From Actinomycetota bacterium (GTDB taxonomy: Bacteria > Actinomycetota > Coriobacteriia > Anaerosomatales > D1FN1-002): a stretch of 64,000 bases of DNA. Each line of letters starts with the position of its first letter. Positions within the stretch are counted from its first letter, which is position 1. The notes beneath the pieces were generated by a model that made no database searches, had not been told where the DNA came from, and saw nothing but the letters and a program-made list of their open reading frames with translations. Shown here piece by piece: positions 24,144 through 33,181 of the stretch. The stretch is taken from positions 3,629 through 67,628 of the forward strand of contig JBBIJK010000006.1 of the NCBI GenBank assembly GCA_037445995.1, given 5' to 3'. The position numbers and the translations under genes were made by a program.

Positions 24144-26918
24144 GTGAGATTGCCCGGACGCCACAGATCGTCGGGGAGCCGGGCCGCCTTGGTCGCGGCC
24201 ATGTTTGCGTTCGCGCTCTCGCTGCCCACCGTCGCACGCGGTCTGTCCGTGGAGATGTCGCTCGAGGACCGCGTGCTCGCCGCGCACACGGTCGTGCTCG
24301 CCGACATCGTGTCGTCGCGCGTTCGCACCGGAGGTTCGTCGCGGGGGCCTGCGATCGAGACGGTCGTGGAGCTGTCGACGATCTCGGCGTTGAAGGGCAA
24401 GCCGCCGCGCCGCATCCCGGTGGTGTTGCCAGGCGGCGCGACCGACGACCTCGTCGTCTGGTCGCCCGACACCCCCGCCTTCGTGGTCGGCCGTCGGGCG
24501 CTCGTCTTCCTCGATGCGGGCGGACGGGTGATCGGGGGCACGGACGGGCGCCTGGATGTGGCCTCCGGGATGGTCGCCGTTGAGCGGCAGTCCTGGGCGC
24601 ACGTTCGCGACCGGGTGCTCGTCGCGGCGGGCAGGCTGGAGGGCCCGGTGCTCTCGGCGCCCGCCAGCGGCGTGTCGGCCGCTTCCGTGTCGGTGGCCGG
24701 GGTCCCCGTGATATCCGGGATCACGCCCGGCAGCGCATCTGCCGGCACCCGCAGCAGGGTGACCGTCTCGGGATCGGGTTTCGGGGTGTCCAGGGGGTCG
24801 GGCAAGGTCAGTTTCTTCTACCGTGACGGCCGTGACCCCATACAGGCCGCGAGGTATGTGAGCTGGAGCGACACCGCCATCACCGTCGAGGTGCCGACGG
24901 CCACCGTCAACGGGTACCAGGCCGCGGCGGGCAGCGGGCCGGTCACGGTGACCGACTCCTCTGGCCGGACTTCGCCGGGACACGACTTCGTAGTGACTTT
25001 CGCCTTCGGGGGGGTGAAGTGGGCGGGGACCTCCATGACCTACCGCGTCGCCGCTCCGAGTGCTTCGTTCGAGACCATGGTGGACGCCGCGGCTTCGACA
25101 TGGAGCGCCGTGTCAGCTTTCCGCATGCACGACGGCGGGCCGATAGCGGCCCCGACGGCTTCCACCAACGACGTCTACTGGGACGCTTTGGCCACCGGCG
25201 ACCTCGGCCGGGCATACATCAGCTACATGCCAGGGACCGCCACCGGCACGATCGTCTCTTGCGACATCGCGCTCAACACCGCCCATCCTTGGGGTGACGG
25301 CACGGGTGACACCTTCGACGTGCAGTCAGTGGTTCTCCACGAACTCGGTCACTGGCTCAACCTGCGAGACCTGTACGGCGCGGGCGACGTCGCCGAGGTC
25401 ATGTACGGAATCGGCACGCGGGGCTCACGCAAGCGCGAGCTCCACGCCCACGATATCGCGGGCATCCGCTACATCTACGGATCCTCGGATTCGCATACGC
25501 CGACGAGCAGCGTCAGCGGCGTCCCGTCAGGCTGGACCTCGCAGACGGTCGTAGCGTCCATCTCCGCTGCCGACGACAGCTCAGGGGTGCGGCGAACCTA
25601 CTACAGGGTGGGGTCGGGACCCGCGTACATCTACTCCGGCCCCGTGTCGTTTTCGACGGACCAGGACACGACGCTCTGGTACTGGTCGGAGGACAACGCC
25701 GGGAACGTCGAAACAGCGCGTTCGGCGGCCATCCGGGTGGACAAGTCGCCACCGGTGACGTCGGCCGACGTCAGGACCTTCTACGCCGACGCCGCCACCA
25801 TCACGTTGTCCGCCGCCGACGGCGGGTCGGGGGTCGCCTCGACGGCCTGGAGGCTCAACGGGGCCGAGTGGCGGGCGGGGGCCGTCGCGGGCGCCGCCTC
25901 GCTTGGGACGCACACGCTGGAGTACCGGTCGACCGACGCCGTCGGCAACCGGGAGTCCGCCAGGACCGCCACCTTCACGGTCGTCGCCGGCCAGACGACC
26001 GATGTCGAGCGCTTGGCGGGTGCGGACAGGTACCTCACCGCGGTCAAGGTGTCGGAGAGCTCCTTCGCCACGGCGGCGGCCGTGGTGCTGGCGACGGGGC
26101 AAGGGTTTCCTGATGCCCTGGCCGCGGCGGGACTGGCCGGCGCGCTCCGGGCCCCGGTGATGCTCGCGCGCCCTGACGAGGTTCCCGCGGAGGTGGTGGC
26201 CGAGGTTCGCCGGCTCGGCGCGTCGCGAATCGTGGCCGTCGGCGGGGCTCGCGCGGTGTCTGATCGCGCGCTCGAACGGGCCGCCGCCGGAGCGGGAGTC
26301 AGATGGAGCCGCGTCTGGGGCGCGGATCGGTACGGGACGGCTGCCGCGGTCGCGGCCGAGATCGTCCGGCTGCGCGGCGCGGTGCCGGTGGTGTTCCTCG
26401 TTCGCGGCGATGGCTTCGCGGACGCCCTTGCGGCCTCACCGTACGCCTACTCCCAGCGCGCCCCGATCCTGCTGACCCGCATGGACGGTGCGCCGGAGGT
26501 CACTGTGGCTGCGGCGCGCGGCTCCGGAGCGTCCGAGGTGGTGGTTGCCGGAGGTCCCGCCGTGCTGTCCGACGCGGCGGTGACGGGGCTGGGTCTTCCC
26601 TGGACGCGGGTCCACGGCTCCAACCGGTACGCCACGGCCGTGGCGCTGACGAGGCACGCGATGTCTCGCGGGTGGACGACGCCGACCTCCGTGGGGGTCG
26701 CCACCGGCGAGCGCTTCCCCGACGCGTTGTCGGGCGGCGCGGCGATGGGGTCGGTCGGGGGGGCCTTGCTGCTCACCAGGAGCGCCCACCTGACCGAGGA
26801 GTCGTCGACGTTCCTGGTCGACTGCATGCCGGCGATCCGCTTCATACGGGTGCTGGGTGCTGAAGCGGCCGTCTCGCCACACTGCTTCGCGGTTCTCTCG
26901 GCGCTTGGCGCGCCCTAG
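24144..26918 (+). CDS. secreted cell-wall-associated metzincin metalloprotease (IPT/TIG + HExxH + Ig-like + 3x CWB2 repeats)
   Basis: The GTG start gives the signal peptide RLPGRHRSSGSRAALVAAMFAFALSLPTVARG. An IPT-like segment (PVISGITPGSASAG) follows. The zinc site is HELGHWLNLRD with an Asp third ligand as in snapalysin, plus the Met-turn VMYG. Three CWB2-like repeats are present (RLAGADRY..., RVWGADRY..., RVHGSNRY...). Confidence 0.8.
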   Translation: MRLPGRHRSSGSRAALVAAMFAFALSLPTVARGLSVEMSLEDRVLAAHTVVLADIVSSRVRTGGSSRGPAIETVVELSTISALKGKPPRRIPVVLPGGATDDLVVWSPDTPAFVVGRRALVFLDAGGRVIGGTDGRLDVASGMVAVERQSWAHVRDRVLVAAGRLEGPVLSAPASGVSAASVSVAGVPVISGITPGSASAGTRSRVTVSGSGFGVSRGSGKVSFFYRDGRDPIQAARYVSWSDTAITVEVPTATVNGYQAAAGSGPVTVTDSSGRTSPGHDFVVTFAFGGVKWAGTSMTYRVAAPSASFETMVDAAASTWSAVSAFRMHDGGPIAAPTASTNDVYWDALATGDLGRAYISYMPGTATGTIVSCDIALNTAHPWGDGTGDTFDVQSVVLHELGHWLNLRDLYGAGDVAEVMYGIGTRGSRKRELHAHDIAGIRYIYGSSDSHTPTSSVSGVPSGWTSQTVVASISAADDSSGVRRTYYRVGSGPAYIYSGPVSFSTDQDTTLWYWSEDNAGNVETARSAAIRVDKSPPVTSADVRTFYADAATITLSAADGGSGVASTAWRLNGAEWRAGAVAGAASLGTHTLEYRSTDAVGNRESARTATFTVVAGQTTDVERLAGADRYLTAVKVSESSFATAAAVVLATGQGFPDALAAAGLAGALRAPVMLARPDEVPAEVVAEVRRLGASRIVAVGGARAVSDRALERAAAGAGVRWSRVWGADRYGTAAAVAAEIVRLRGAVPVVFLVRGDGFADALAASPYAYSQRAPILLTRMDGAPEVTVAAARGSGASEVVVAGGPAVLSDAAVTGLGLPWTRVHGSNRYATAVALTRHAMSRGWTTPTSVGVATGERFPDALSGGAAMGSVGGALLLTRSAHLTEESSTFLVDCMPAIRFIRVLGAEAAVSPHCFAVLSALGAP

Positions 26919-27406
26919 CGGGACTCCTCCACGGTCAAGGTCACGCTCACGACCGCGCCCGCGCGGTGGCGCTCAACAGTCACGAGACCCTGTTCGGCTT
27001 GCCCGCCCTTGGTGAACGTGAACGATCCGCCGCCCTCGCCGAGGTCGCCGAGCAGCCCGCCGACCACGTAGCCCGCGCCCTCCAGGGCCCCCCTGTACCA
27101 GGCCAGCGCTGACGGCGCGCTCATGCCTACCTTGAGCGCGAAGGTGAACGACGAACCCTCCTCGACCTCGCCTCCCGTCCACCCAAGGAGCTCGCTTTGG
27201 GGAAGAGGGAACCCCGTCGGGAGGTCCGAGGGAAGCAGCGACCGGACCGTCGAGTCAGGGCGAGCGGAGCCGCCCGCATCGGGCGCGGCCGTTGTGGCGG
27301 CGGCGGGATCCGGCGGATTGCTCTGCAGGGTCTCCGGCGCCGCGGGTCGGCAGCCGGAGACCAGGCACAGCATCACCGTCGCGAACAGGAGCGCCCTTGT
27401 GGCCAT
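26915..27406 (-). CDS. lipoprotein, function unknown
   Basis: 163 aa with an ATG after GGGAGGGAG. The signal peptide has the lipobox LVSGC. The 316-aa ORF-track version is an upstream extension antisense to acyP. Confidence 0.6.
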   Translation of the reverse strand: MATRALLFATVMLCLVSGCRPAAPETLQSNPPDPAAATTAAPDAGGSARPDSTVRSLLPSDLPTGFPLPQSELLGWTGGEVEEGSSFTFALKVGMSAPSALAWYRGALEGAGYVVGGLLGDLGEGGGSFTFTKGGQAEQGLVTVERHRAGAVVSVTLTVEESR

Positions 27407-27479
27407 CCCCGCCGTCTCCCTCCCGCGACGAGTCTTCGGAGGGAACATACACCTTTTCAACGGCGGAGCAGGGAGGCGC

Positions 27480-27773
27480 ATGGAGGGCGGAGCGTCGGTC
27501 TCCCTCGCAAGGGCGAGGGTCTTGGTCGGCGGCGTCGTACAGGGAGTGTTCTTTCGCGCGTCGACCGTCGAGGCGGCCGAGACCATGGGCGTCTCGGGAT
27601 GGGTGCGAAACCTGTCCGACGGGCGGGTCGAGGCCGTGTTCGAGGGTCCTTGCGAGCGCGTGGAGCAGGCGGTCGCGTGGGCGCGCAACGGCCCGGCGCG
27701 GGCCGTCGTGGAGCGGTTCGAGGTCGAATGGGGTGAGCCGGAGGGGCTCAGGGGGTTCGTCGTGCGGAGGTGA
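27480..27773 (+). CDS. acyP: acylphosphatase
   Basis: 97 aa with the signatures VGGVVQGVFFR and GWVRNLSDGRVE. The RBS is GGAGCAGGGAGG. Confidence 0.9.
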   Translation: MEGGASVSLARARVLVGGVVQGVFFRASTVEAAETMGVSGWVRNLSDGRVEAVFEGPCERVEQAVAWARNGPARAVVERFEVEWGEPEGLRGFVVRR

Positions 27774-27899
27774 TGCGCCGCCCAGACCGGTCGGCGTCCA
27801 TCCCACTCTCGCAGCGCCCGCGTCGAGCGAACTTCGGGCGATGCCATGACCGCGAGTGATACCATCGGAGCCTGTCAAAGCCGACCGAGCGGAGCCGCA

Positions 27900-28574
27900 A
27901 TGGAGACCGCCGCATCTCGGCCCGCACGGCGGGACATGCGCCAGCATCGTTACCCCCTCGGCGAGGAGATCGCCAACTCCGTCACCCACGGCGTCGGAAT
28001 CGCGTTGTCCGTCGCGGCTCTCGTGCTCCTTGTGGCGTTCGCCGCAGCAAGCGGCGACGGGTTCCGCCTGGCCGGCGCGATCGTCCTCGGGGTCGCGCTG
28101 GTGCTGGAGTACTCCGCGTCCACCCTCTACCACGCGCTGTCGCACCCGCGAGCCAAGCACGTCTTCAAGATCCTCGACCACGCCGGCATCTACGTCCTGA
28201 TCGCGGGTACGTACACGCCCTTCACGCTCGTCACGCTCCGCGACTCCGGCGGTTGGTGGCTGTTCGGCGCGGTATGGGGCCTGACGGTGGTCGGCATCGC
28301 GACGGAGGCGTTCTGGGCGTACCGTCCGCGGTGGCTGTCGGTCGCTATCTACCTGGGCATGGGCTGGGCGGTCGTCTTCGCCCTCGGGCCCCTGCTCGCG
28401 GGGCTGGACCGGGCGGGGGTGGCCCTGCTCGTGGCAGGCGGGCTGTGCTACACCGTTGGCACGCCCTTCTACGTGTTCAAGCGGGTGCCGTACTTCCACA
28501 TGGTCTGGCACCTTTGGGTGATCGCGGGAAGCGCCTGTCATGTGCTTACAGTGCTGCTGTACGTCGTGAGATAG
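27900..28574 (+). CDS. hemolysin III / PAQR family membrane protein
   Basis: ATG start 5 nt after GGAG. Seven TM helices. Motifs are EEIANSVTHGVG, STLYH and HMVWHLWV. Confidence 0.9.
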   Translation: METAASRPARRDMRQHRYPLGEEIANSVTHGVGIALSVAALVLLVAFAAASGDGFRLAGAIVLGVALVLEYSASTLYHALSHPRAKHVFKILDHAGIYVLIAGTYTPFTLVTLRDSGGWWLFGAVWGLTVVGIATEAFWAYRPRWLSVAIYLGMGWAVVFALGPLLAGLDRAGVALLVAGGLCYTVGTPFYVFKRVPYFHMVWHLWVIAGSACHVLTVLLYVVR

Positions 28575-28654
28575 GCTCCTCCCGTCGCGGCCGGTTCGCG
28601 CACCCTCGCGCCGATGGCCGGGCGAAGGCCCATGCAAGCGAAGCGGAGGACGAT

Positions 28655-29803
28655 GTGGCTGCCAAGGTGGCGATCGTGCGCTGTGACGACTACGCTGAGA
28701 GCAACGTCAGCGCTGCGGTCGATCGCGGGTTCGCCCTGCTGGGGGGTCCCGAGCGGTTCGTGACCGAGCCCGGCGAGCGCATCCTTCTCAAGCCCAACCT
28801 CCTTGTCGCTTCCGCCCCGGAGTCCTGCGTCACGACGCATCCGACGGTGTTCGGAGCGGTCGCCCGCGTCCTTCGCGACGCTGGCGCCCATCTGACCTAC
28901 GGCGACTCGCCCGGCTTCGGTTCTACGGCCGGCGTGGCCCGCAAGGCGGGACTGGCGCAGATCGCCGAGGAGATGGGGATCGGGCTCGCTGACTTCAGGG
29001 AGGGTCGCGAGGTCGACAGCGAGCGAGCCAGGCTCGTTCGTACGTGGCATCTCGCGAACGGGGTGCTGGACTCCGACGGCATCGTGAACCTGCCCAAGAT
29101 GAAGACGCACGGGCTGACGCGTCTGACCGGCGCGGTGAAGAACCTGTTCGGTTGCGTGCCGGGCCTGCTCAAGGGCGAGTTCCACGCGAGGATGACCGAC
29201 GTGGACCTGTTCTCGCAGATGTTGGTGGACCTTGCCCTCACCCTGCCCGCGCGGCTGCACGTCATGGACGCGGTGGTCGCGATGGAGGGGAACGGTCCTC
29301 GCTCGGGGGACCCGAGGCCTGTTCGAGCGCTGCTCTTCTCGGAGGACCCGGTGGCGCTCGACGCCACGGCTTGCCGCCTGATGTCGCTCGACCCCCTCCT
29401 GGTGGGGACCTGCCTGCACGGGCAGGCGTTCGGCCTTGGCTCGATGGACGCCCTCGAGTACCTCGGCGACCCGCTCGAGGAGTTCGTGGTGCCGGACTTC
29501 GTGGCCAATCGCAGCCACGCGTCGACCACCGGTTCCGGTCGGGTCTCCCGGTTCATGCGGCGATGGGTGGTCCCGAAGCCGGTAATCAGGCCCGCGCTGT
29601 GCACCGCGTGCGGGACCTGCGTCCACGTCTGTCCGCTGGACCCCAAGGCGGTCGACTGGACCACCGCTGGGGGTTCGGGGGCCGGTATGCCGCCGGAACA
29701 CGACCACTCGCGGTGCACGCGGTGCTACTGCTGTCAGGAGATGTGCCCGGAGCGCGCGATAGAGATCGAGGTGCCGCTGTTGGGGCGCCTCATCCATCGC
29801 TGA
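28655..29803 (+). CDS. DUF362 domain protein with C-terminal 2x[4Fe-4S] ferredoxin domain
   Basis: GTG start 5 nt after GGAGG. The DUF362-like N-terminus is VAIVRCDDY...ILLKPNL. The Cys clusters are CTACGTCVHVCP and CTRCYCCQEMCP. Confidence 0.8.
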   Translation: MAAKVAIVRCDDYAESNVSAAVDRGFALLGGPERFVTEPGERILLKPNLLVASAPESCVTTHPTVFGAVARVLRDAGAHLTYGDSPGFGSTAGVARKAGLAQIAEEMGIGLADFREGREVDSERARLVRTWHLANGVLDSDGIVNLPKMKTHGLTRLTGAVKNLFGCVPGLLKGEFHARMTDVDLFSQMLVDLALTLPARLHVMDAVVAMEGNGPRSGDPRPVRALLFSEDPVALDATACRLMSLDPLLVGTCLHGQAFGLGSMDALEYLGDPLEEFVVPDFVANRSHASTTGSGRVSRFMRRWVVPKPVIRPALCTACGTCVHVCPLDPKAVDWTTAGGSGAGMPPEHDHSRCTRCYCCQEMCPERAIEIEVPLLGRLIHR

Positions 29804-29901
29804 GGAAGCCGCCGACCTCGGCTCTGGCCACGGATCGGTACGCCAGCGCTCGAGCCCGGAACGGTTATTGCTAGCGACCATCTCGGCGGGAGGTGTGTCG
29901 C

Positions 29902-30249
29902 ATGGCGGCTCATGGCACCCACAGGGGCGGCGCTCACCGCTGGCGACGGCGAAGGACCTCGGGGCCGCCGACCTCGGCTCTGGGCAGGTGGGCCTTCGGG
30001 CTTCTCCTCGCGTTCGCGCTGTTCGCCACGATCTTCTTGCTCGCAGTGGGCCTCGGTGCGCCCGTCGGCGGGGGCTGGACGTTCTATGTCACCGCCGGAG
30101 GTTCCGCGGCCACTGCCCTGGCGGCGGCCCTCGCAGGGGTCTTGGCGGTGTGGCTGAGCCGCGAGCGCTCGCCTATCGTCTACTTCGCGATCGCGGCGGG
30201 CCTGTTCGTCTCGCTGTTCATCGCCGTCGAGCTGCTGTTCCCGGCCTGA
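29902..30249 (+). CDS. small membrane protein, function unknown
   Basis: ATG start 8 nt after GGGAGG. A basic N-terminus is followed by three hydrophobic helices. Confidence 0.45.
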   Translation: MAAHGTHRGGAHRWRRRRTSGPPTSALGRWAFGLLLAFALFATIFLLAVGLGAPVGGGWTFYVTAGGSAATALAAALAGVLAVWLSRERSPIVYFAIAAGLFVSLFIAVELLFPA

Positions 30250-30312
30250 TCTTGGCGCGGCTCGGGAGGATCGGGCCTTCAGACAGCCACCGTAGGGTGA
30301 CCGAGCCCGGCC

Positions 30313-31494
30313 TCAGCCGCAGGCCCCCGGGGCGCAGCAGGACGAAGCCTGCCGGGAGGCGGGTGCTCGCGGTTCCGGTTCGGCCCCTGCGCCGCGGAGG
30401 ATGCACGTCGTGTCCTCGGCCATGGGATCGCCGGTCGCCTGCCACGCCTTGGTCCGACACCCCCGGCAAATCCGCGAGTACTCGCAGGAGTCCGGCGCAC
30501 AGCGCCCCTTGGCCTCCGGGCGGTCCAGTTCGAACAGCGCCCGGGTGGCTTCCATCAGCGACATCTCGCGTATGTCTCCCACGGTCCAGTCCTGCGCGAA
30601 CTGGCAGGGCATCACCCCGCCGGAAGAGTTGATGTTCATGTGGCCCTTGCCCACCGGGCATGCGCTCATGGTTCGGAGCCGTTCGAGTCCTCGCGACACG
30701 TCGATGCCGCGCTCCGTGAGGCGTTCGGCGAGGTATGGGATCACCGAGGGCAGCGCTCCGATGTCGTATTCGAGACCGTCCTCAGACGCCAGGACGTCCT
30801 CGAGGATGTCGTCGGCCAGAGCGCGCCACTCGGCGGCGGTCACGCGCGTTTCGTCCTCGCCGGCGCTGCGGCCCGAGGCGATGAGGTCGCACAGGTAGAT
30901 GAGCCCGCAGTCGAGATCCTTGGCCGTGGCGATCAGGCCGGGGAGGTGGGGCCAGGTCGACCTGCTCACGGCGGACTTGAGCGCTACGCCGACGCCGTGC
31001 TCACGCAGTGTGCGGATGGCTCGCACCACACGCTGGTGCGTCCCCCCGACGCCGACCATGCGGTCGTGGAAGTCGGCCGGGCCGTACAGCGATGTGGCGA
31101 CCCAGTCGATCCCGTGCGTCTTGAGCCGGCGCGCCACCGTCGAGTCGATCATCGTGGCGTTCGTGGACACGGTCACCCGGATGCCGTAGCCGCGCGCCGC
31201 AGCCAGAAGCTCCCAGAAGTCCGGCCTCATCAGCGGCTCTCCGCCGGTCAGGAAGAGCAGCGGCACCTGCGCTTCGCCGATCTGGCGGACCACGTCCATG
31301 GCCTGAGCGGCGGAGAGCTGGTCAGCGCGCGCGCTGCCGTCGGCCGACATGTAGCAGTGGTCGCAAAGGAGGTTGCACCGGTCGGTGATGTTCCAGATGA
31401 CCTCGCTCGGCCTGCCCAGGCGGTAAGCAGTGAGTGCCTTGTCCTCGATGTCGGCCAGCGGTCCTTTGAAGAACAGCGAGCGGATGTGCGCCAT
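30313..31494 (-). CDS. radical SAM / SPASM domain protein
   Basis: 393 aa from MAHIRS, with RBS GGAGG. The CxxxCxxC motif is NITDRCNLLCDHCY, and GGEPLMRPD is present. The C-terminal SPASM-type Cys clusters are CPVGKGH...PCQF and CAPDSCEYSRICRGCR. The tail is ...SSCCAPGACG. Confidence 0.85.
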   Translation of the reverse strand: MAHIRSLFFKGPLADIEDKALTAYRLGRPSEVIWNITDRCNLLCDHCYMSADGSARADQLSAAQAMDVVRQIGEAQVPLLFLTGGEPLMRPDFWELLAAARGYGIRVTVSTNATMIDSTVARRLKTHGIDWVATSLYGPADFHDRMVGVGGTHQRVVRAIRTLREHGVGVALKSAVSRSTWPHLPGLIATAKDLDCGLIYLCDLIASGRSAGEDETRVTAAEWRALADDILEDVLASEDGLEYDIGALPSVIPYLAERLTERGIDVSRGLERLRTMSACPVGKGHMNINSSGGVMPCQFAQDWTVGDIREMSLMEATRALFELDRPEAKGRCAPDSCEYSRICRGCRTKAWQATGDPMAEDTTCILRGAGAEPEPRAPASRQASSCCAPGACG

Positions 31495-31726
31495 GGGGAT
31501 CGCCTCCGTGCGGTGCTGGATGCGCGCCCCGTGCCGGCGAGGCGGGATGAACGACACCGAGACTAACATCTGCCGTGCCGCGAGGCCACTTCTCGCGAGG
31601 TAACAGTTGTGGCATCCAAACCGCGCCGTCCCGGCGCGGCCGCTGACGGCCACGGCGGGGTATGCACACAGCATGGAGCGGTGTGCGGCGCTCCGGAGTG
31701 CCCGGGGCGACGAAGGGGGGAATCGC

Positions 31727-32119
31727 ATGCGGACCTACGTAACAGAGGAGTTGTTCGCCACCGGACCCGATCGTGTAGGGCTTCTGGCGTCAGTGAGCGC
31801 CGCCGTGGCTGATGCCGGGGTGAACATCGTGGCCATTGCCGGCTACCAGAAGGACGGGCAGGGTGAGTTCATCGTGCTGACCGGCGATGATGACGCGGCG
31901 GAGGCCGCCCTGCTTCGCGCCGGGTTCGAGGTGGCTCGCAGGCCGGTGGCCGTCGTCGAGCTCGACGAGACCGTCGGGGCGCTGGCCGAGGTCGCGGCCC
32001 GGGCTGCCGACGCCGGGATCGACATCCACTGGGTGTTCGCGACCAGCGGTGACGGGAGGCACGCCAAGGCGGTGTTCCGCTGCGACGATGCGGCCGCGTT
32101 CGCGGACGCGGTCGGCTGA
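31727..32119 (+). CDS. ACT domain-containing protein
   Basis: 130 aa, ATG after GAAGGGGGG. It has two beta-alpha-beta-beta-alpha-beta-like halves (GLLASVSAAVADAGVNIVAIAGY; GALAEVAARAADAGIDIHWVFA). Confidence 0.65.
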   Translation: MRTYVTEELFATGPDRVGLLASVSAAVADAGVNIVAIAGYQKDGQGEFIVLTGDDDAAEAALLRAGFEVARRPVAVVELDETVGALAEVAARAADAGIDIHWVFATSGDGRHAKAVFRCDDAAAFADAVG

Positions 32120-32152
32120 GGCGCCAGGATCGCCGAGGCTCTGCCGCGGGCG

Positions 32153-33007
32153 TCAGACCGCGCGCCACCATCCGGCGTGGCCCTGGACGAAGAACTCCAG
32201 CGCTCCGCGCCCCAGCAGCTCTCCGAGGAAGCCCTTGACCGTCGTGACCGCCAGCCAGTACGACGCCGGGTTCTCGGGCAGTCCTCTCGCGGACGACACA
32301 TGGGCGATCGCCTGCTCGGTGGTGCGCGGCTCGCTCAGGCCTTCGAGCAGGATCTCCTCGATCCTCCTGATCTCCCTCAGATGGAAGTCCACGTGCCGCT
32401 CGACGTCCTCGCGCCAGATCGGCCTGCCGTGACCCGGGACCACCCACTCGCATTCGGTCCGGCGGATCCGCTCCAGGGACGCGACGACCATCCCGGGGTC
32501 GATGCAGTAGGGCAGCGGGTGGCGCTCCCATAGCTCGTCGATGTAGAGCGCGTCGCCGCTGAACAGGACGCCGTCCCTGGTGAGGAAGCCGCTGTGACCC
32601 AGGGTGTGGCCTGGGAGAGGCAGAGCGACGGCCCTGTCGTCCCTCCACTCCTCCAGATAGCCGTCCACGGCGCACGGCACCCCCTTGAACAGTCTGGTCA
32701 CGAACAGGTCGCCCGGTCTGGCCCAGGAGAACATCCCGCGGATGTTGATGTCGGGGTTCTCCACGAGGGCGGCGTCGTCGCGCGCGACGTACACCCTTGC
32801 GCCGCCTTCGCGCAGGGCGTGAGCTATCGAGAAGTGGTCGGCGTGGCCGTGGCTGATCGCCACGCTGTCGACCGAGGTCAGCGCGAAGGGCGCATCGTCG
32901 TCGCAGGTGTCGATGACCAGCCCGTCGACCCAGCCCGAGTAGGTGAGGCCCGGGACGATCCATGTGTCGCCAGCCAGTTTGGTCGCGTTGTACGGTGTGG
33001 TCGGCAT
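32153..33007 (-). CDS. MBL-fold metallo-hydrolase
   Basis: 284 aa from MPTTPYN. The HxHxDH motif is ISHGHADH, with later ligands LPGHTLGH and VPGHG. Confidence 0.8.
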   Translation of the reverse strand: MPTTPYNATKLAGDTWIVPGLTYSGWVDGLVIDTCDDDAPFALTSVDSVAISHGHADHFSIAHALREGGARVYVARDDAALVENPDINIRGMFSWARPGDLFVTRLFKGVPCAVDGYLEEWRDDRAVALPLPGHTLGHSGFLTRDGVLFSGDALYIDELWERHPLPYCIDPGMVVASLERIRRTECEWVVPGHGRPIWREDVERHVDFHLREIRRIEEILLEGLSEPRTTEQAIAHVSSARGLPENPASYWLAVTTVKGFLGELLGRGALEFFVQGHAGWWRAV

Positions 33008-33181
33008 GCGGGGAGTATCGCATCCGCGGCTCCGCGGAGCGAAGCGGCCGTCGTCGACAACAGGGGTCGGCGCGAAGCCCGCGTGCCCACCGGTCGTTTG
33101 TCGCCGTGTCCGTAGCGCGCGCCGGAAGGGAAGACTCCTCCAGATAGGAGCGGTCCCCAGGCTCTCCCGGGAGGCAACAGG

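Noticed and set aside
27255-29881. Minus-strand ORFs 27255-28637 (460 aa) and 28538-29881 (447 aa)
   Set aside because: They are antisense to the acyP, hemolysin III and DUF362 genes, which have clear signatures, and have Arg/His/Pro-rich artefact composition.
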